From an uncultured bacterium (GTDB lineage: Bacteria; DYJV01): a stretch of 64,000 nucleotides of DNA. The translations under genes and the position numbers were made by a program. Of the stretch, positions 10,297 through 22,516 are shown in pieces. Numbering within the stretch: the first letter of the stretch is position 1; each line of letters begins with the position of its first letter. The DNA lies in NCBI GenBank assembly GCA_964492825.1, contig CAZBLP010000002.1, positions 1,801-65,800 on the forward strand, written 5' to 3'. Under the pieces are notes generated by a model, which made no database searches, was not told where the DNA came from, and saw only the letters and a list, made by a program, of their open reading frames with translations.

Positions 10297-12165
10297 TTAA
10301 TTTAAAGTACTTAAAAATAAATTTATTTTATTAATAAGTTCACTTCCCGTTATAGGTTTTTCAAGTATATTTTTAACACAAGAGTATTTCTTTAGCGATA
10401 ATACCGTGGAATCAATATATCCAGTTATTATAAAAACAGGATAATTCAGATTATTGTTGATTAAAAAATCTAAAACATCTTTGGCATTTTTATTGTCATC
10501 CAAAACAAAATCAAGAATTATAAGGTCTGGATTAATATTTATCAAATTATCACAGAAATCTTTGGTTTTATCAAAATCAAAGATTTGGAATCCGTAAAAA
10601 TCAAGAATTTCAGCTAAACTGTTTTTAAAATAAACATCATCATCTAATATTATGATTTTATAAGATTCTTTTTTACTTTTTTCTGTTGTTTCAAACCTAT
10701 ATGAAGCCTGATCCTCAAATTGGTATTCTGGAATTAAAACAATAAATTCGGTAAATTCATTTATTTTTGAAATCACATCAATGCTTCCGCCAATTTCTTT
10801 AATTTCCCTCATTACAATTGACAGCCCTAAACCTGTACCTTTTTTTACATAACTATCCTGGCCTGTTTTTGAGGTAAAAAAAGGTTCAAAAATTTTCTCT
10901 TTAAATTCATCAGGAATTCCAGTACCGTTATCTCTAACAACTATTCTAATAAAAGGTTTTTCTCTAATAAAAACTTTTTCACAAGATATTGAGATAATAC
11001 CCTTTTCCTTTTTGCTTGTATGTATTGCGTCAGCGGCATTAATAATAAGGTTAAGTAAAACTTGAACAATAGAAGATTTATTGCCAAAGAATTTTTCTCT
11101 TTTGCATTTAATATCAGTTTCCAGACTTATATTGGAATATTTTTTTATTGCTGGAGAAACAATAGCCAGAGCATCTTGCAAACACGATATAAAAGTTATG
11201 GATTCTTTGGAAATTTTTGATTTTCTTGTAAAATTCAACATTTTTTGTAATAGATCATTTGCCTTGCCAATCAAATTGTCAATATTATCCAGATATTTGT
11301 CAATTTTTTCAGTATTATTTTTTTTAATTAATTTTGTTAATTCAACGTTATATCCAATACCTGTTAATATGTTGTTTATATCATGAATGATGGAACCTGT
11401 CATAAGTCCTATTAATTCCATTTTTTGAGCTTGTTTAAGTTGAGTTTCAAGTTCTTTTTTTTCTCTTATATCTCTAAATACACAAATGTAATGTTCTATT
11501 TTGTTATTTTCATCAAATAATCCGAAAATTTTAACAGCACATGGCACTACCTCATTTTTATCATTAATGACATTTAATTCGCCGACCCAATGTTTATGCT
11601 CTTTTATTGTTTTAATTATTGCTTTAACAGTATTGATTGCCTGAGCAGATACAGGTAAAATGTTCTTAGCTTTTGTATTGCTGGGAATATTGCCAAGAAT
11701 TTTATTAAAATTCCTATTTTTATAGATTATTGTCCCATCTTTTTCTGTTATAAAAATTGCATCACTGTTTTCTTCAATAACTCTTGCAAATAGATCATGC
11801 TCTTTTTTTAGTTTTTCATGTTCCGTAACATCAAAAATCCATCCTTCCAATTTTTCTCCATTGTCAAATATTCTTCCTGAAAGAAATATATCTATAATCT
11901 TCCCATCTTTTCTCTTTATTTTAATTTTAAAGTTTTTAACCCTTCCATTTTCCTTTAATAAATTTAAAAATTTTTCTCTATCTTTTTTTTGAAAATATAT
12001 ATCTTCAGGAATATAAACCTTTTTTAATTCATCTAATGTTTCGTATCCGAATATTTTTAACAAATGTTTATTAGCATAAAGAAATTTACCAGAAACAGTT
12101 GATATGTAATAACCGACCAATGCATTTTCAATAGATTTTCTAAAATCGAAATTCTTTAGTTTCAT
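10297..12165 (-). CDS. PAS-domain hybrid sensor histidine kinase with C-terminal receiver domain
   Basis: PAS repeats, H-box HDINNILTGI, HATPase_c (…VVRDNGTGIP…GTGLGLSIV), then a CheY-like receiver (KIIILDDD…DLIILDFVL). Confidence 0.8.
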   Translation of the reverse strand: MKLKNFDFRKSIENALVGYYISTVSGKFLYANKHLLKIFGYETLDELKKVYIPEDIYFQKKDREKFLNLLKENGRVKNFKIKIKRKDGKIIDIFLSGRIFDNGEKLEGWIFDVTEHEKLKKEHDLFARVIEENSDAIFITEKDGTIIYKNRNFNKILGNIPSNTKAKNILPVSAQAINTVKAIIKTIKEHKHWVGELNVINDKNEVVPCAVKIFGLFDENNKIEHYICVFRDIREKKELETQLKQAQKMELIGLMTGSIIHDINNILTGIGYNVELTKLIKKNNTEKIDKYLDNIDNLIGKANDLLQKMLNFTRKSKISKESITFISCLQDALAIVSPAIKKYSNISLETDIKCKREKFFGNKSSIVQVLLNLIINAADAIHTSKKEKGIISISCEKVFIREKPFIRIVVRDNGTGIPDEFKEKIFEPFFTSKTGQDSYVKKGTGLGLSIVMREIKEIGGSIDVISKINEFTEFIVLIPEYQFEDQASYRFETTEKSKKESYKIIILDDDVYFKNSLAEILDFYGFQIFDFDKTKDFCDNLININPDLIILDFVLDDNKNAKDVLDFLINNNLNYPVFIITGYIDSTVLSLKKYSCVKNILEKPITGSELINKINLFLSTLN

Positions 12166-12170
12166 GATAA

Positions 12171-13275
12171 TTATCCTCTAACTGAAAAAAGAAAGTTATT
12201 AATAAAATCACCCAGTAGTTCTCCGTCCATCATTGCTTTTACATTGCCGGTTTCAAATCCGGTTCTATGGTCCTTAACAAGCTGATAAGGATGCATAATA
12301 TATGATCTAATCTGACTTCCCCAACCAATTTCCTTCTGCTCGCCTCGCATTTCATCAATTTCTTCCTGATGTGCTTTTTTCTCAAGTTCATGAATTTTAG
12401 CTTTTAAAATATTCATAGCAACTTCTTTGTTTCTATGTTGGGATCTTTCATTCTGACATTGTACAACAATACCAGTAGGCAGGTGTGTAATTCTAACTGC
12501 TGAATCTGTTTTATTCACATGCTGGCCTCCTGCACCACTTGCTCTGTAAGTGTCAATCTTTAGGTCTTTTTCATTAATTTCAACTACTATTTCACTACTG
12601 ATCTCAGGAATTACGGAAATGGAAGCAAAAGAAGTATGCCGTTTTTTATTTGCATCAAAAGGAGAAATTCTAACCAATCTGTGAATGCCTGTCTCACTTT
12701 TCAACAATCCGTAGGCATAATCACCTTTTGCCAAAAAGGTTGCACTTTTTATACCAGCTTCTTCCATTGATTGTATATCTACGATTTCTGTTTTAAATCC
12801 TTTTTTTTCGCACCATCTCAGATACATTCTCAATAGCATTTCCGCCCAATCTTGAGCTTCAGTGCCGCCAGCACCAGCATTTATGCTAACTATTGCATTT
12901 GACTGGTCATTTGTATCAGACAAAATTTCTTTTATTTCAAGATTATTTATTTCTTTTTTTAAAATCTTAAGTTCTGCTTCTATTTCTTTAAAAAATTCTT
13001 CATCATTTTCAGATTCAAAAAGCTCAATAGATATATTAAGATCATCCAGTTTATTACAGAGTAAATTAAAATGATTTATAATATCTTTTAATCTTTTTTC
13101 CTCTTTTAAAATATTTTTTGCTTTTTCAGGATCATCCCAAAACTTGGACTCAGATAATTGGTGAGAAATTTGGGATAATGTTTTTTTCTTATCTTCAATT
13201 TCAAAGATAACTCCTTAAGTTATCAAGTTTTTTTTCTAATTCAGAGACTTCTTTTTTTATTTCCCAAAGCTCCAA
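12171..13275 (-). CDS. prfB: Peptide chain release factor 2, with a programmed +1 frameshift
   Basis: A 24-codon ORF0 (TTG start at 13275 with GGAGG upstream: LELWEIKKEVSELEKKLDNLRSY-L) ends at AGGAG-T-TAT-CTT-TGA-A. The +1 frame then runs open to 12171 and contains the GGQ and SPF-region homology. Confidence 0.85.
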
Positions 13276-13276
13276 C

Positions 13277-14629
<1,353 letters not shown>

Positions 14630-16222
14630 TTATAATTCAATTAATGTAGCAGAGACAATATTCGGTAGTTCATTTAAACCTTTGAGAATTTCTTCAGTTA
14701 TTTCATTGTCAACTTGAACAATGGATATAGCCATACCACCAATTGCTTCTCTGCCAAATTGCATATTGCCTATATTAATATTATTTTTCCCAAGATAAGA
14801 GCCAATATTCCCAATTACTCCAGGTTTGTCATAATTGTAAAGCAATATTATATGACCTGTAGGTTCTGCTTCTACACTAAAATTGTTAATTGAAACAATT
14901 CTAATATCTTCCTTACCAAACAATGCTCCTTCAACAGAATATTTGTTCTCGTCGTTAATTGTTGTAACAACAATAGAAGATGAAAAATTCTTACCTTCTT
15001 CATTTTTTGCTTCATTAATTCTGATACCTCTTTCTTTGGCAACTATTGGCGCATTTACAAAATTTACATTTTCACCCATCATTGGTGTTAGAAGCCCTTT
15101 AATTACAGACAAGGTAATAGGAGAAACATCATATTTTGCTACTTCACCGTAATATTCAATAAATACTTCAGTAAAGCCGCATGAATCTTTGCACATTTGA
15201 GTAACGAAACTTCCCATTTTTTCTCCTAATTTTATATATGGCTTAATTGACTTAAGCTCTTCCTGGCTGACAGAAGGCACATTTAAAGCATTTTTTATTA
15301 TACCGAAATTTAAAAAATCAACCATTTGCTCTGCAACAGCAACAGCCACATTATATTGAGCTTCTTTAGTAGAAGCACCAAGATGAGGTGTGCATATAAA
15401 TTTATCATGTTTAAAAAGCGGATGTGAAAAATCTGGTGGTTCTTTTGAAAAAACATCAAAAGCTGCACCAGCGACTTTACCGCTATTTAAAGCTTCCACA
15501 AGGTCATCTTCATTTACTATTCCACCTCTTGCACAGCAGATAATCCTAACCCCGTCTTTCATTTTTGCAAAAGTATCCTTATTAATAAGATCTTTGGTGT
15601 CTTTTGTTAATGGTGTGTGAACTGTAATGTAATCACTTTCTTTATAAATTTCCTCAAGACTGACAAGTTTAACACCTTTTTTAGATGCATTTTCTTCTGA
15701 AATAAACGGATCATAGCCAATTACTTTCATTTTTAAACCAATAGCTCTATTGGCAACAATAGTCCCTATATTACCAAGCCCTATAATTCCAAGGGTTTTA
15801 TTAAAAAGCTCTGTACCCATAAATTTGCTTTTTTCCCATTTGCCGTTTTTAAGACTTGCAGTAGCTTGCGGAATATTTCTTGAAAGTGACATCATCATTG
15901 CTAAAGTATGCTCAGCTGTTGTAATTGTATTGCCTTGGGGTGTATTCATAACAACTATTCCCTTTTCAGTAGCAGTAGGAATATCAACGTTATCAACACC
16001 AATCCCTGCTCTTCCTATGGCTTTTAATTTTGAAGCATATTTTAAAACATCTTTTGTGAGTTTTGTAGCGCTTCTAATAACAATACCGTCATATTCTCCA
16101 ATAACCTCCATTAATTCTTCTTTGCTCATACCAACTTTCACATCTACTTCTATATTATCTGCATTTTTAAGTATTTCAACTCCATGTTCATGGAGTTTGT
16201 CACTTACAAGCACTTTGTACAT
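14630..16222 (-). CDS. serA: D-3-phosphoglycerate dehydrogenase
   Basis: 2-hydroxyacid dehydrogenase core (GxGxIG) plus C-terminal ASB/ACT domains, 530 aa. Confidence 0.9.
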   Translation of the reverse strand: MYKVLVSDKLHEHGVEILKNADNIEVDVKVGMSKEELMEVIGEYDGIVIRSATKLTKDVLKYASKLKAIGRAGIGVDNVDIPTATEKGIVVMNTPQGNTITTAEHTLAMMMSLSRNIPQATASLKNGKWEKSKFMGTELFNKTLGIIGLGNIGTIVANRAIGLKMKVIGYDPFISEENASKKGVKLVSLEEIYKESDYITVHTPLTKDTKDLINKDTFAKMKDGVRIICCARGGIVNEDDLVEALNSGKVAGAAFDVFSKEPPDFSHPLFKHDKFICTPHLGASTKEAQYNVAVAVAEQMVDFLNFGIIKNALNVPSVSQEELKSIKPYIKLGEKMGSFVTQMCKDSCGFTEVFIEYYGEVAKYDVSPITLSVIKGLLTPMMGENVNFVNAPIVAKERGIRINEAKNEEGKNFSSSIVVTTINDENKYSVEGALFGKEDIRIVSINNFSVEAEPTGHIILLYNYDKPGVIGNIGSYLGKNNINIGNMQFGREAIGGMAISIVQVDNEITEEILKGLNELPNIVSATLIEL

Positions 16223-16247
16223 TTTGAAACCCCTTTCTTAACTGTTT

Positions 16248-17387
16248 TTAACTTGAAAAAATTTCAAGAGCTTTTCCAACTCCTTTACCCATTTCAAAGT
16301 TATATCCAAGCTTTTTCAGAGCTAATTCTAATCCTGAAATAGCTATAATTATATCAAATTTATCATAAAATCCAAGATGAGATAATCTGAATATTTTACC
16401 TTTAGCTTCACCTTGCCCGCCAGCTATTGTAATTTTATGGTCTTCTCTATATGATTTTACAATATCTTGTCCATCAATTCCTTCAGGAGCTAAAACTGCT
16501 GTAACAGATTCACTTGGAGAATCAGGTGCAAATAATTTCAATCCTAGTGCCTTTACTGCTTCTCTTGTAGCTTTGGCAAGAAGTGCATGTCTTTTAAAAA
16601 CATTTTCCAAACCTTCATCTTTAATCATATCAAGAACTTTGGAAAGTCCGATAATAAGTGATACAGCAGGAGTATATGCATTTTGATTTTTTTTAAGATT
16701 TTTTCTCTCTTTTTTAAAATCAAAGTAATATTTTGGCAGGTTTGATTTTTCCATAAAAGACCAGGCTTTCTCACTTACAGAAGCAAATGCAAGACCTGGA
16801 GGAAGCATAAAAGCTTTTTGAGAACCGCTTACAACTATATCAATACCCCAGTTATCAGTTTCAATATTGAAAACTCCTACACCTGTAATACCGTCAACAA
16901 TCATAAGACAATTATCATTATTTTTTACCAATTCAGCAATTTCTTTAATAGGATGCTTAACACCTGTGGAAGTTTCACTTGCCTGAACAAGAATACCTTT
17001 AGTATCAGGATTTGACTTTAAGGCATCTTTAACATCATCCACTTTAACAGCAGTACCCCATTTTACATCAATATATACAGGATTGAGTCCGTATGCTTCA
17101 CTGATTTCACCCCATCTTTCTCCAAATTTCCCACCTCTGATAACCAAGACTTTGTCATTTTTGCAAAAACAGTTGGCAACAGATGCTTCCATAGCTCCTG
17201 TACCTGATGAAGCAAAAACAATAACATCATTCTCTGTTTGAAAGACATATTTAAGATCTTCTGCAACTTTTTTAAAAATAGCTTTGTAATTTGGTGCTCT
17301 GTGATGAATAATAGGAAGAGCCATTTCATTTAAAACATCTTGTGGTACAGGCGTTGGGCCTGGTGCTAATAATCTCCATTTTTCCAT
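16248..17387 (-). CDS. Class V aminotransferase, likely phosphoserine aminotransferase of the AGXT type
   Basis: AGXT-family sequence (…SGTGAMEA…) sitting immediately next to serA. Confidence 0.65.
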   Translation of the reverse strand: MEKWRLLAPGPTPVPQDVLNEMALPIIHHRAPNYKAIFKKVAEDLKYVFQTENDVIVFASSGTGAMEASVANCFCKNDKVLVIRGGKFGERWGEISEAYGLNPVYIDVKWGTAVKVDDVKDALKSNPDTKGILVQASETSTGVKHPIKEIAELVKNNDNCLMIVDGITGVGVFNIETDNWGIDIVVSGSQKAFMLPPGLAFASVSEKAWSFMEKSNLPKYYFDFKKERKNLKKNQNAYTPAVSLIIGLSKVLDMIKDEGLENVFKRHALLAKATREAVKALGLKLFAPDSPSESVTAVLAPEGIDGQDIVKSYREDHKITIAGGQGEAKGKIFRLSHLGFYDKFDIIIAISGLELALKKLGYNFEMGKGVGKALEIFSS

Positions 17388-17498
17388 TATATATTCTCCT
17401 TTTTGAGATAGTTAAAATTGCAACAAGGTGTCTTATATCATTAGGTATTCTCTGTCAAGAATTTTATCTTAAATAATAGCTATTTTAAGTTTTTTTAA

Positions 17499-17513
17499 TT
17501 GATTTAAAGTCAA
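17499..17513. promoter_or_regulatory. Putative CRP/FNR-type operator (TTGATTTAAAGTCAA)
   Basis: Near-palindromic TTGAT-N5-GTCAA about 80 nt upstream of the SDR gene. The same half-sites occur in the hcp promoter region. Confidence 0.25.
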
Positions 17514-17593
17514 AATAATAGTATTACTAAATAAAGTTATTTGATTTTTTGTATTAAAGTTTAATATTGAGCTAAAAAAATCAGGAGGGAAAA

Positions 17594-18358
17594 ATGTTAT
17601 CTGGTAAGATAGCCATAGTTACAGGTGGAGGAAGTGGAATAGGCAAGGGTATTGCAGAAATTTTTTCAAAAAATGGTGCAAACGTGATTATTGCAGATTT
17701 TAATGAGGAAAATGGCAAAAGCGCAGAAAAAGAAATAAAAAACAGTTGTTTTATAAAAACAGATGTGAGCAATGAAGATAGTGTTAAAAACATGGTTGAA
17801 AAGACTGTTGAAAAATTCGGTTCCATTGACATTCTTGTGAATAATGCTGGATTGCAGTATATTGCAAAAGTTGAGGATTTTCCAATTGAAAAATGGAATC
17901 AGTTAATTGGTGTAATGCTTACTGGTACATTTTTATGTACAAAATATTCTGTGCCCTATATGAAAAAGAAGAATTGGGGAAGAATTATTAATACCTCTTC
18001 AGCACATGGCAAAGAAGCATCTCCATGGAAAGCTGCTTATGTATCAGCCAAACATGGTATTATTGGTTTTACAAAGGTAATTGCTAAAGAACTTGCAGAG
18101 TTTAATATTACAGCTAATTCTATATGCCCGGGATATGTTTTGACTCCTCTTGTTCAAAAACAGATTGAAGATCTTGCCAAACAGTATGGTATTAGTGAAG
18201 ATGAAGTTCCTGCTAAAGTGCTTTTAAAAGACCAGCCTATTAAATCCCTTGTTACAATAGAAGAAGTGGCAGAATTGGCTCTCTATCTTGCGTCGGAAAA
18301 AGCAAGACTTATAACTTCTCAATCTTTAAGTATTGACGGTGGCTGGACAGCCCACTAA
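17594..18358 (+). CDS. SDR-family NAD(P)-dependent oxidoreductase (3-hydroxybutyrate dehydrogenase-like)
   Basis: TGGGSGIGKG cofactor motif, NAG, YxxxK catalytic motif (YVSAKHG). Good SD (AGGAGG). Confidence 0.8.
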   Translation: MLSGKIAIVTGGGSGIGKGIAEIFSKNGANVIIADFNEENGKSAEKEIKNSCFIKTDVSNEDSVKNMVEKTVEKFGSIDILVNNAGLQYIAKVEDFPIEKWNQLIGVMLTGTFLCTKYSVPYMKKKNWGRIINTSSAHGKEASPWKAAYVSAKHGIIGFTKVIAKELAEFNITANSICPGYVLTPLVQKQIEDLAKQYGISEDEVPAKVLLKDQPIKSLVTIEEVAELALYLASEKARLITSQSLSIDGGWTAH

Positions 18359-18420
18359 TTTTATCGCAATTTATTCTGTGCTTTGATATAAAAAATTTTG
18401 AACAAATAAAGGAGGATGGA

Positions 18421-19254
18421 ATGCTTAGAATAACTGTAATTTGTGAGAACAGTGTAATTGTGCCTTTTGGTGTGGTTGGTGAGCATGGATTTGCAGCTTT
18501 TGTAGAAACCTCCAATGGTAATTTTCTTTTTGACACAGGCCAGGGTAAAGGTATTTTGCAAAACAGTACTATTTTGAATAAAGATTTATCCACAATAAAA
18601 TATCTTGTTATCTCTCACGGCCATTATGACCATACAATGGGTATACCTCAAGTGTTGTTAAAAAAATCACCTCTTAATATTTATGCTCATCAAGATATTT
18701 TTTTAAACAGGTATTGGATTAAAGATAATATGCCACCTAAATTTATAGGTATACCTTATAAAAAAGAGTATCTTGAATCTCTTGGAGCGAATTTTAAATT
18801 TATAAAAGATTATTTTGAAATTGAAGCAGGAGTTTATCTCAGTGGTGAGATTCCAATGAAAACAGATTTTGAAAAAGTTGATATTAATATGAAAATTTTA
18901 ACAAAAGATGGTAAGTTTCAGCAGGATAATTTGAAAGATGATTTTTCACTTGCCATTGACACTCCAAAAGGTTTGATAATTCTCCTTGGGTGTGCACATG
19001 CGGGCATGGTTAATATACTTAACCACTTTATAGATAAAACAGGTAAAGATAGAATTTATGCTGTTATTGGAGGAACCCACCTTGGATTTGCTTCACCTGA
19101 GCAGATGGAAAATACTTTGAAAGTTCTTGATGAATACAAAATTGAAAAATTAGGTGTTTCACATTGTACAGGTCTTGCAAACAGTGCTACGCTTTTTAAT
19201 ATTCTGAAAGACAGATTTTTCTTTGCATCTGTTGGCGCAGTAATGGAAATATAG
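18421..19254 (+). CDS. MBL-fold metallohydrolase (COG1237-like)
   Basis: HGHYDH metal-binding motif with a later His/Asp pattern. Good SD (AGGAGG). Confidence 0.7.
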   Translation: MLRITVICENSVIVPFGVVGEHGFAAFVETSNGNFLFDTGQGKGILQNSTILNKDLSTIKYLVISHGHYDHTMGIPQVLLKKSPLNIYAHQDIFLNRYWIKDNMPPKFIGIPYKKEYLESLGANFKFIKDYFEIEAGVYLSGEIPMKTDFEKVDINMKILTKDGKFQQDNLKDDFSLAIDTPKGLIILLGCAHAGMVNILNHFIDKTGKDRIYAVIGGTHLGFASPEQMENTLKVLDEYKIEKLGVSHCTGLANSATLFNILKDRFFFASVGAVMEI

Positions 19255-19388
19255 TTCAACCTGTATATACAATAAAATAAAAATTACTTTAGATTTTAGT
19301 AATTAAGAGTTAAAAATTTATTATAGACTCATTACTCTTGATTTAAGTGAAATTTGGACTTTCAAGTAATAGAATAGGAGTTTTTACA

Positions 19389-19859
19389 ATGATTAAAGTT
19401 AATATTCCAGGCAGAGATTTATTAGAATTGGAATATGCTGTTTTTGACATGAATGGGACATTGACTGTTGACGGCAATATAATGGAAAGTACAAAAAAAA
19501 GATTAATGTTGCTTTCTCAGATTTTGAAAATTTATGTTTTAACAGCAGATACATTTGGAAGAGCTTCAGAGGTATTTAAATCATTGCCAGTTGAATTGAC
19601 AATTGTTGACAAAAATAACGGTCAGGATGACAAATTAAAATTTATTGAGAAATTAGGTGTTAAAAAATGTGTTGCTTTTGGAAACGGATACAATGATATA
19701 AAAATGTTAAAGAAGGCCTGCCTGGGTATAGCAGTAATAGGTGAAGAAGGATTAAATACTAATGCTTTAATTAATTCTGATATTTGTGTGAAAAATATTA
19801 ATGATGGATTGGATTTGTTGCTTATTGTCAAAAGATTAATAGCTACTCTGAGAAAATAA
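19389..19859 (+). CDS. Small HAD-superfamily hydrolase (soluble P-type-ATPase-like, COG4087-like)
   Basis: DMNGTL (the DxxGT motif I) and GNGYNDIKM (motif IV). The ATG at 19389 has an AGGAG upstream. Confidence 0.6.
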   Translation: MIKVNIPGRDLLELEYAVFDMNGTLTVDGNIMESTKKRLMLLSQILKIYVLTADTFGRASEVFKSLPVELTIVDKNNGQDDKLKFIEKLGVKKCVAFGNGYNDIKMLKKACLGIAVIGEEGLNTNALINSDICVKNINDGLDLLLIVKRLIATLRK

Positions 19860-20564
19860 ATTAAGCAAATTGTCACATGTTATTTTATTAAAATTGTCTC
19901 CTGAAAATAACATTTCTATTTTTTTTAATTCATAATATGGTGAGCCAAAAGGATAATCACTTCCGAAAAGTAGTTTGCTTGTACCAAAATTTTTAGTAAA
20001 ATCAATTATTTCATATTCATCAGCAAGTGCTGAATCTGCATAAATATTATCCTCTGCAAAGATTCCTTCTGCTTTCAGTCTATCATATCCGCCATTTAAA
20101 AAACCTAAATGAGGAATAATAATATTTGTCCTTTTATCTATCAAATTTATGAAATTTAAACAATTATGAAATTCTTCCTCTATAATAACAGGTAGTTTTT
20201 TATTACATATATACTCTATAAAATTTTTACATTCTGAAGATAAATAATTATAAACAGGTTCATTTGAATGCCTGTGCCATTTTATTCCTTTGAATTTTTT
20301 ATCAGGAATTTGAAAATCATTCCAAACAAAATAGTATGCAAATAAATTTTCTCTGTTATTGATTATATTCAAAAGATAATTATGCACATTTGTTCTTGAT
20401 TTTTTATAAATATCAGAATCAGTAAAATTAGGGTCATATCTGTTATAAATTTCTTCCACAGGTGAAAATAAAACTCCTCCGTTAATACCTGCTTTTTCCC
20501 ATTCATTGAAAATAACCTCAAATGGTAATGTTAAGCCACAATGTACATGAGCATCTAAAATCAT
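19836..20564 (-). CDS. Amidohydrolase-family TIM-barrel metal-dependent hydrolase
   Basis: MILDAHVHCG… N-terminal metal-binding His pair, 242 aa. Confidence 0.6.
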   Translation of the reverse strand: MILDAHVHCGLTLPFEVIFNEWEKAGINGGVLFSPVEEIYNRYDPNFTDSDIYKKSRTNVHNYLLNIINNRENLFAYYFVWNDFQIPDKKFKGIKWHRHSNEPVYNYLSSECKNFIEYICNKKLPVIIEEEFHNCLNFINLIDKRTNIIIPHLGFLNGGYDRLKAEGIFAEDNIYADSALADEYEIIDFTKNFGTSKLLFGSDYPFGSPYYELKKIEMLFSGDNFNKITCDNLLNLFSQSSY

Positions 20565-20696
20565 AATTACAATATATAAAATTTTTATAAAAATTCAAGA
20601 AAAAACTCTTGATTTTTATATTTTTTTATTGTAACAGACCTGACTCTTTTCTCCTTGCCCTCACAATAAAGGGCTAATAAACCATAAGGAGGTAAT

Positions 20697-21008
20697 ATGA
20701 AATATTATGAATTAATGCTGATTATCAATGGAGAACTGTCGCAAGAAGAGGCATCAGCTGAATTTGAAAAATTTGAGCAGGTTGTTGAAAAAGGCAATGG
20801 TAAAATTTTAAAAGTTGATAATTGGGGATTAAAGAGATTTGCTTATCCAATTAAAAAGAAAAATAGCGGCTATTACTATGTGGTAAATTTAGGCGTTGAC
20901 TATCCATTGTTAAGAGAATTAGAAAGAATCTTCAAAATCAATGAAAATCTATTCCGTTATCTTTTTGTCAAATTAGACTCCAGGAAAATTGAAATTACAG
21001 AAGAATAA
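20697..21008 (+). CDS. rpsF: 30S ribosomal protein S6
   Basis: MKYYELMLIINGELSQEE… with strong SD AAGGAGG. Confidence 0.9.
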   Translation: MKYYELMLIINGELSQEEASAEFEKFEQVVEKGNGKILKVDNWGLKRFAYPIKKKNSGYYYVVNLGVDYPLLRELERIFKINENLFRYLFVKLDSRKIEITEE

Positions 21009-21325
21009 TGGATATTAACAGAGTTTTTATTTCCGGGACTCTTACCAGAGAGCCAGAGCTCTCTTATACTCTGTCAAATAAAGCTATTTGCAGAATGAAT
21101 ATTATTGTAAGAGACCAGAATAAAATTAATTTTTTTAATGTAGTTGTTTTTGGGAAATTGGCAGAGTTTTGTGGTAATAAGCTTCAAAAAGATTCAAAAA
21201 TTGTAATTGAAGGAAAATTAAAATTTTCAACTTACACTATTAAATCAGGAGAAAAGAGAAGAAGTGTTGAAATTATAGCAGAAAAGGTGCATTATATTGA
21301 AAAAGGAGGAAAAATAGATGGCTAA
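21008..21325 (+). CDS. Tail-less single-stranded-DNA-binding OB-fold protein (PriB-like / truncated SSB)
   Basis: 105-aa SSB-type OB fold ([17 protein letters not shown]…) with no Gly-rich linker or acidic C-terminal tail. It lies between rpsF and rpsR. Confidence 0.65.
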   Translation: MDINRVFISGTLTREPELSYTLSNKAICRMNIIVRDQNKINFFNVVVFGKLAEFCGNKLQKDSKIVIEGKLKFSTYTIKSGEKRRSVEIIAEKVHYIEKGGKIDG

Positions 21326-21575
21326 TAACAGACAATTTATGAGAAGGTTTCCAAGAAAAAAAGTATGTTATTTCTGTACACATAAAGATGCAGATTTAAA
21401 TTATAAAAATATTAATTTGTTGAAAAGATTTGTTACTGACAGGGGCAAAATTTTACCAAGTAGAATTACAGGTACATGTGCTTTTCACCAGAGAGCATTG
21501 GCTAAAGAGATTAAAAGAGCTAGAGTTATGGCTTTACTACCTTTTACAACAGCAAATGAATATAAAAGGAAATGA
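21318..21575 (+). CDS. rpsR: 30S ribosomal protein S18
   Basis: …[38 protein letters not shown]… classic S18 sequence. Confidence 0.9.
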   Translation: MANNRQFMRRFPRKKVCYFCTHKDADLNYKNINLLKRFVTDRGKILPSRITGTCAFHQRALAKEIKRARVMALLPFTTANEYKRK

Positions 21576-22516
21576 ATTTAATAGAGAATAGAGCTATTAT
21601 TTTAGGAGCTTTAATAGGCTCTTTCCTATATTTGTTATCGTCAATTATGCCGTTAATTGGCGGAATTATAAGTTTTTTTTCACCAATACCATTAGGGTAT
21701 ATAGGTTTTACAGATAACAAAACAAAACTTTTGTTATGCTTGTTTTTTACCTGTGCAATAATTTTTTTTGCAGCAGGAAGAATAAGTGTGATTTTATACT
21801 TAATACAGTATGGAGCACCGTTTTACCTGTTCTTTGAATTTTACAATAGAGGTATTGAAGTAGGAAAATCAATTTTTATTACAGCTTTAGTAATAATTTT
21901 AATGTTAATGATTTTAGCAAGTTTCTATGTTGGATTTAATTTTTCTCAAGTTACAGAATATTTAACAAAATTTTTAGATGCTAATTTTCAAGAAGTATTA
22001 AAGAGTTATAAAAAATTTGGAATTTCAGAAAATGAAATCAGCCAGATTGCATCTAATTTAAAAGTTTTTGGACGCACTCTTGTGAAAGTATTGCCGTCAT
22101 TAATGGTAATGTTTTATACAAGTATATTTTTGATTAATTTGCCTATTGCGGAAAAATTAGCTAAAATTAAAATTAAAAATTTTGATTTTAAATATTATAA
22201 ATATCCTTTTTTCTTTGTGTGGGTATTTATAATAGCAGGTTTTGGTATTTTTTTTCTACACAAAAGTTTTATATGGTGGGTACTTTTAAATATTCTTATA
22301 ATATGCTCATTTGTGTTTTTGATTCAAGGTTTTTCGGTTATTGAATGTTGGTTTGAAAAGATAAATTTCTCAAAATTTATGAAGAATTTACTTTATATTC
22401 TAATACTTTTTTCACAATTTTTACTTATATCCATTGCTGTAATAGGATTATTTGACAACTGGTTTGATTTTAGAAAAATAATAAATAGAGGAGGAACTAA
22501 TGAAAATAATACTTAA
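21572..22516 (+). CDS. YybS-like membrane protein (DUF2232)
   Basis: Polytopic membrane protein in the conserved rpsR–yybS–rplI position. Confidence 0.6.
   Translation: MNLIENRAIILGALIGSFLYLLSSIMPLIGGIISFFSPIPLGYIGFTDNKTKLLLCLFFTCAIIFFAAGRISVILYLIQYGAPFYLFFEFYNRGIEVGKSIFITALVIILMLMILASFYVGFNFSQVTEYLTKFLDANFQEVLKSYKKFGISENEISQIASNLKVFGRTLVKVLPSLMVMFYTSIFLINLPIAEKLAKIKIKNFDFKYYKYPFFFVWVFIIAGFGIFFLHKSFIWWVLLNILIICSFVFLIQGFSVIECWFEKINFSKFMKNLLYILILFSQFLLISIAVIGLFDNWFDFRKIINRGGTNENNT

Noticed and set aside
18309-18593. 94-aa and 66-aa minus-strand ORFs between the SDR and MBL genes
   Set aside because: They overlap the 3' end of the SDR gene and the 5' end of the MBL gene on the opposite strand. 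There is no independent space or signals.
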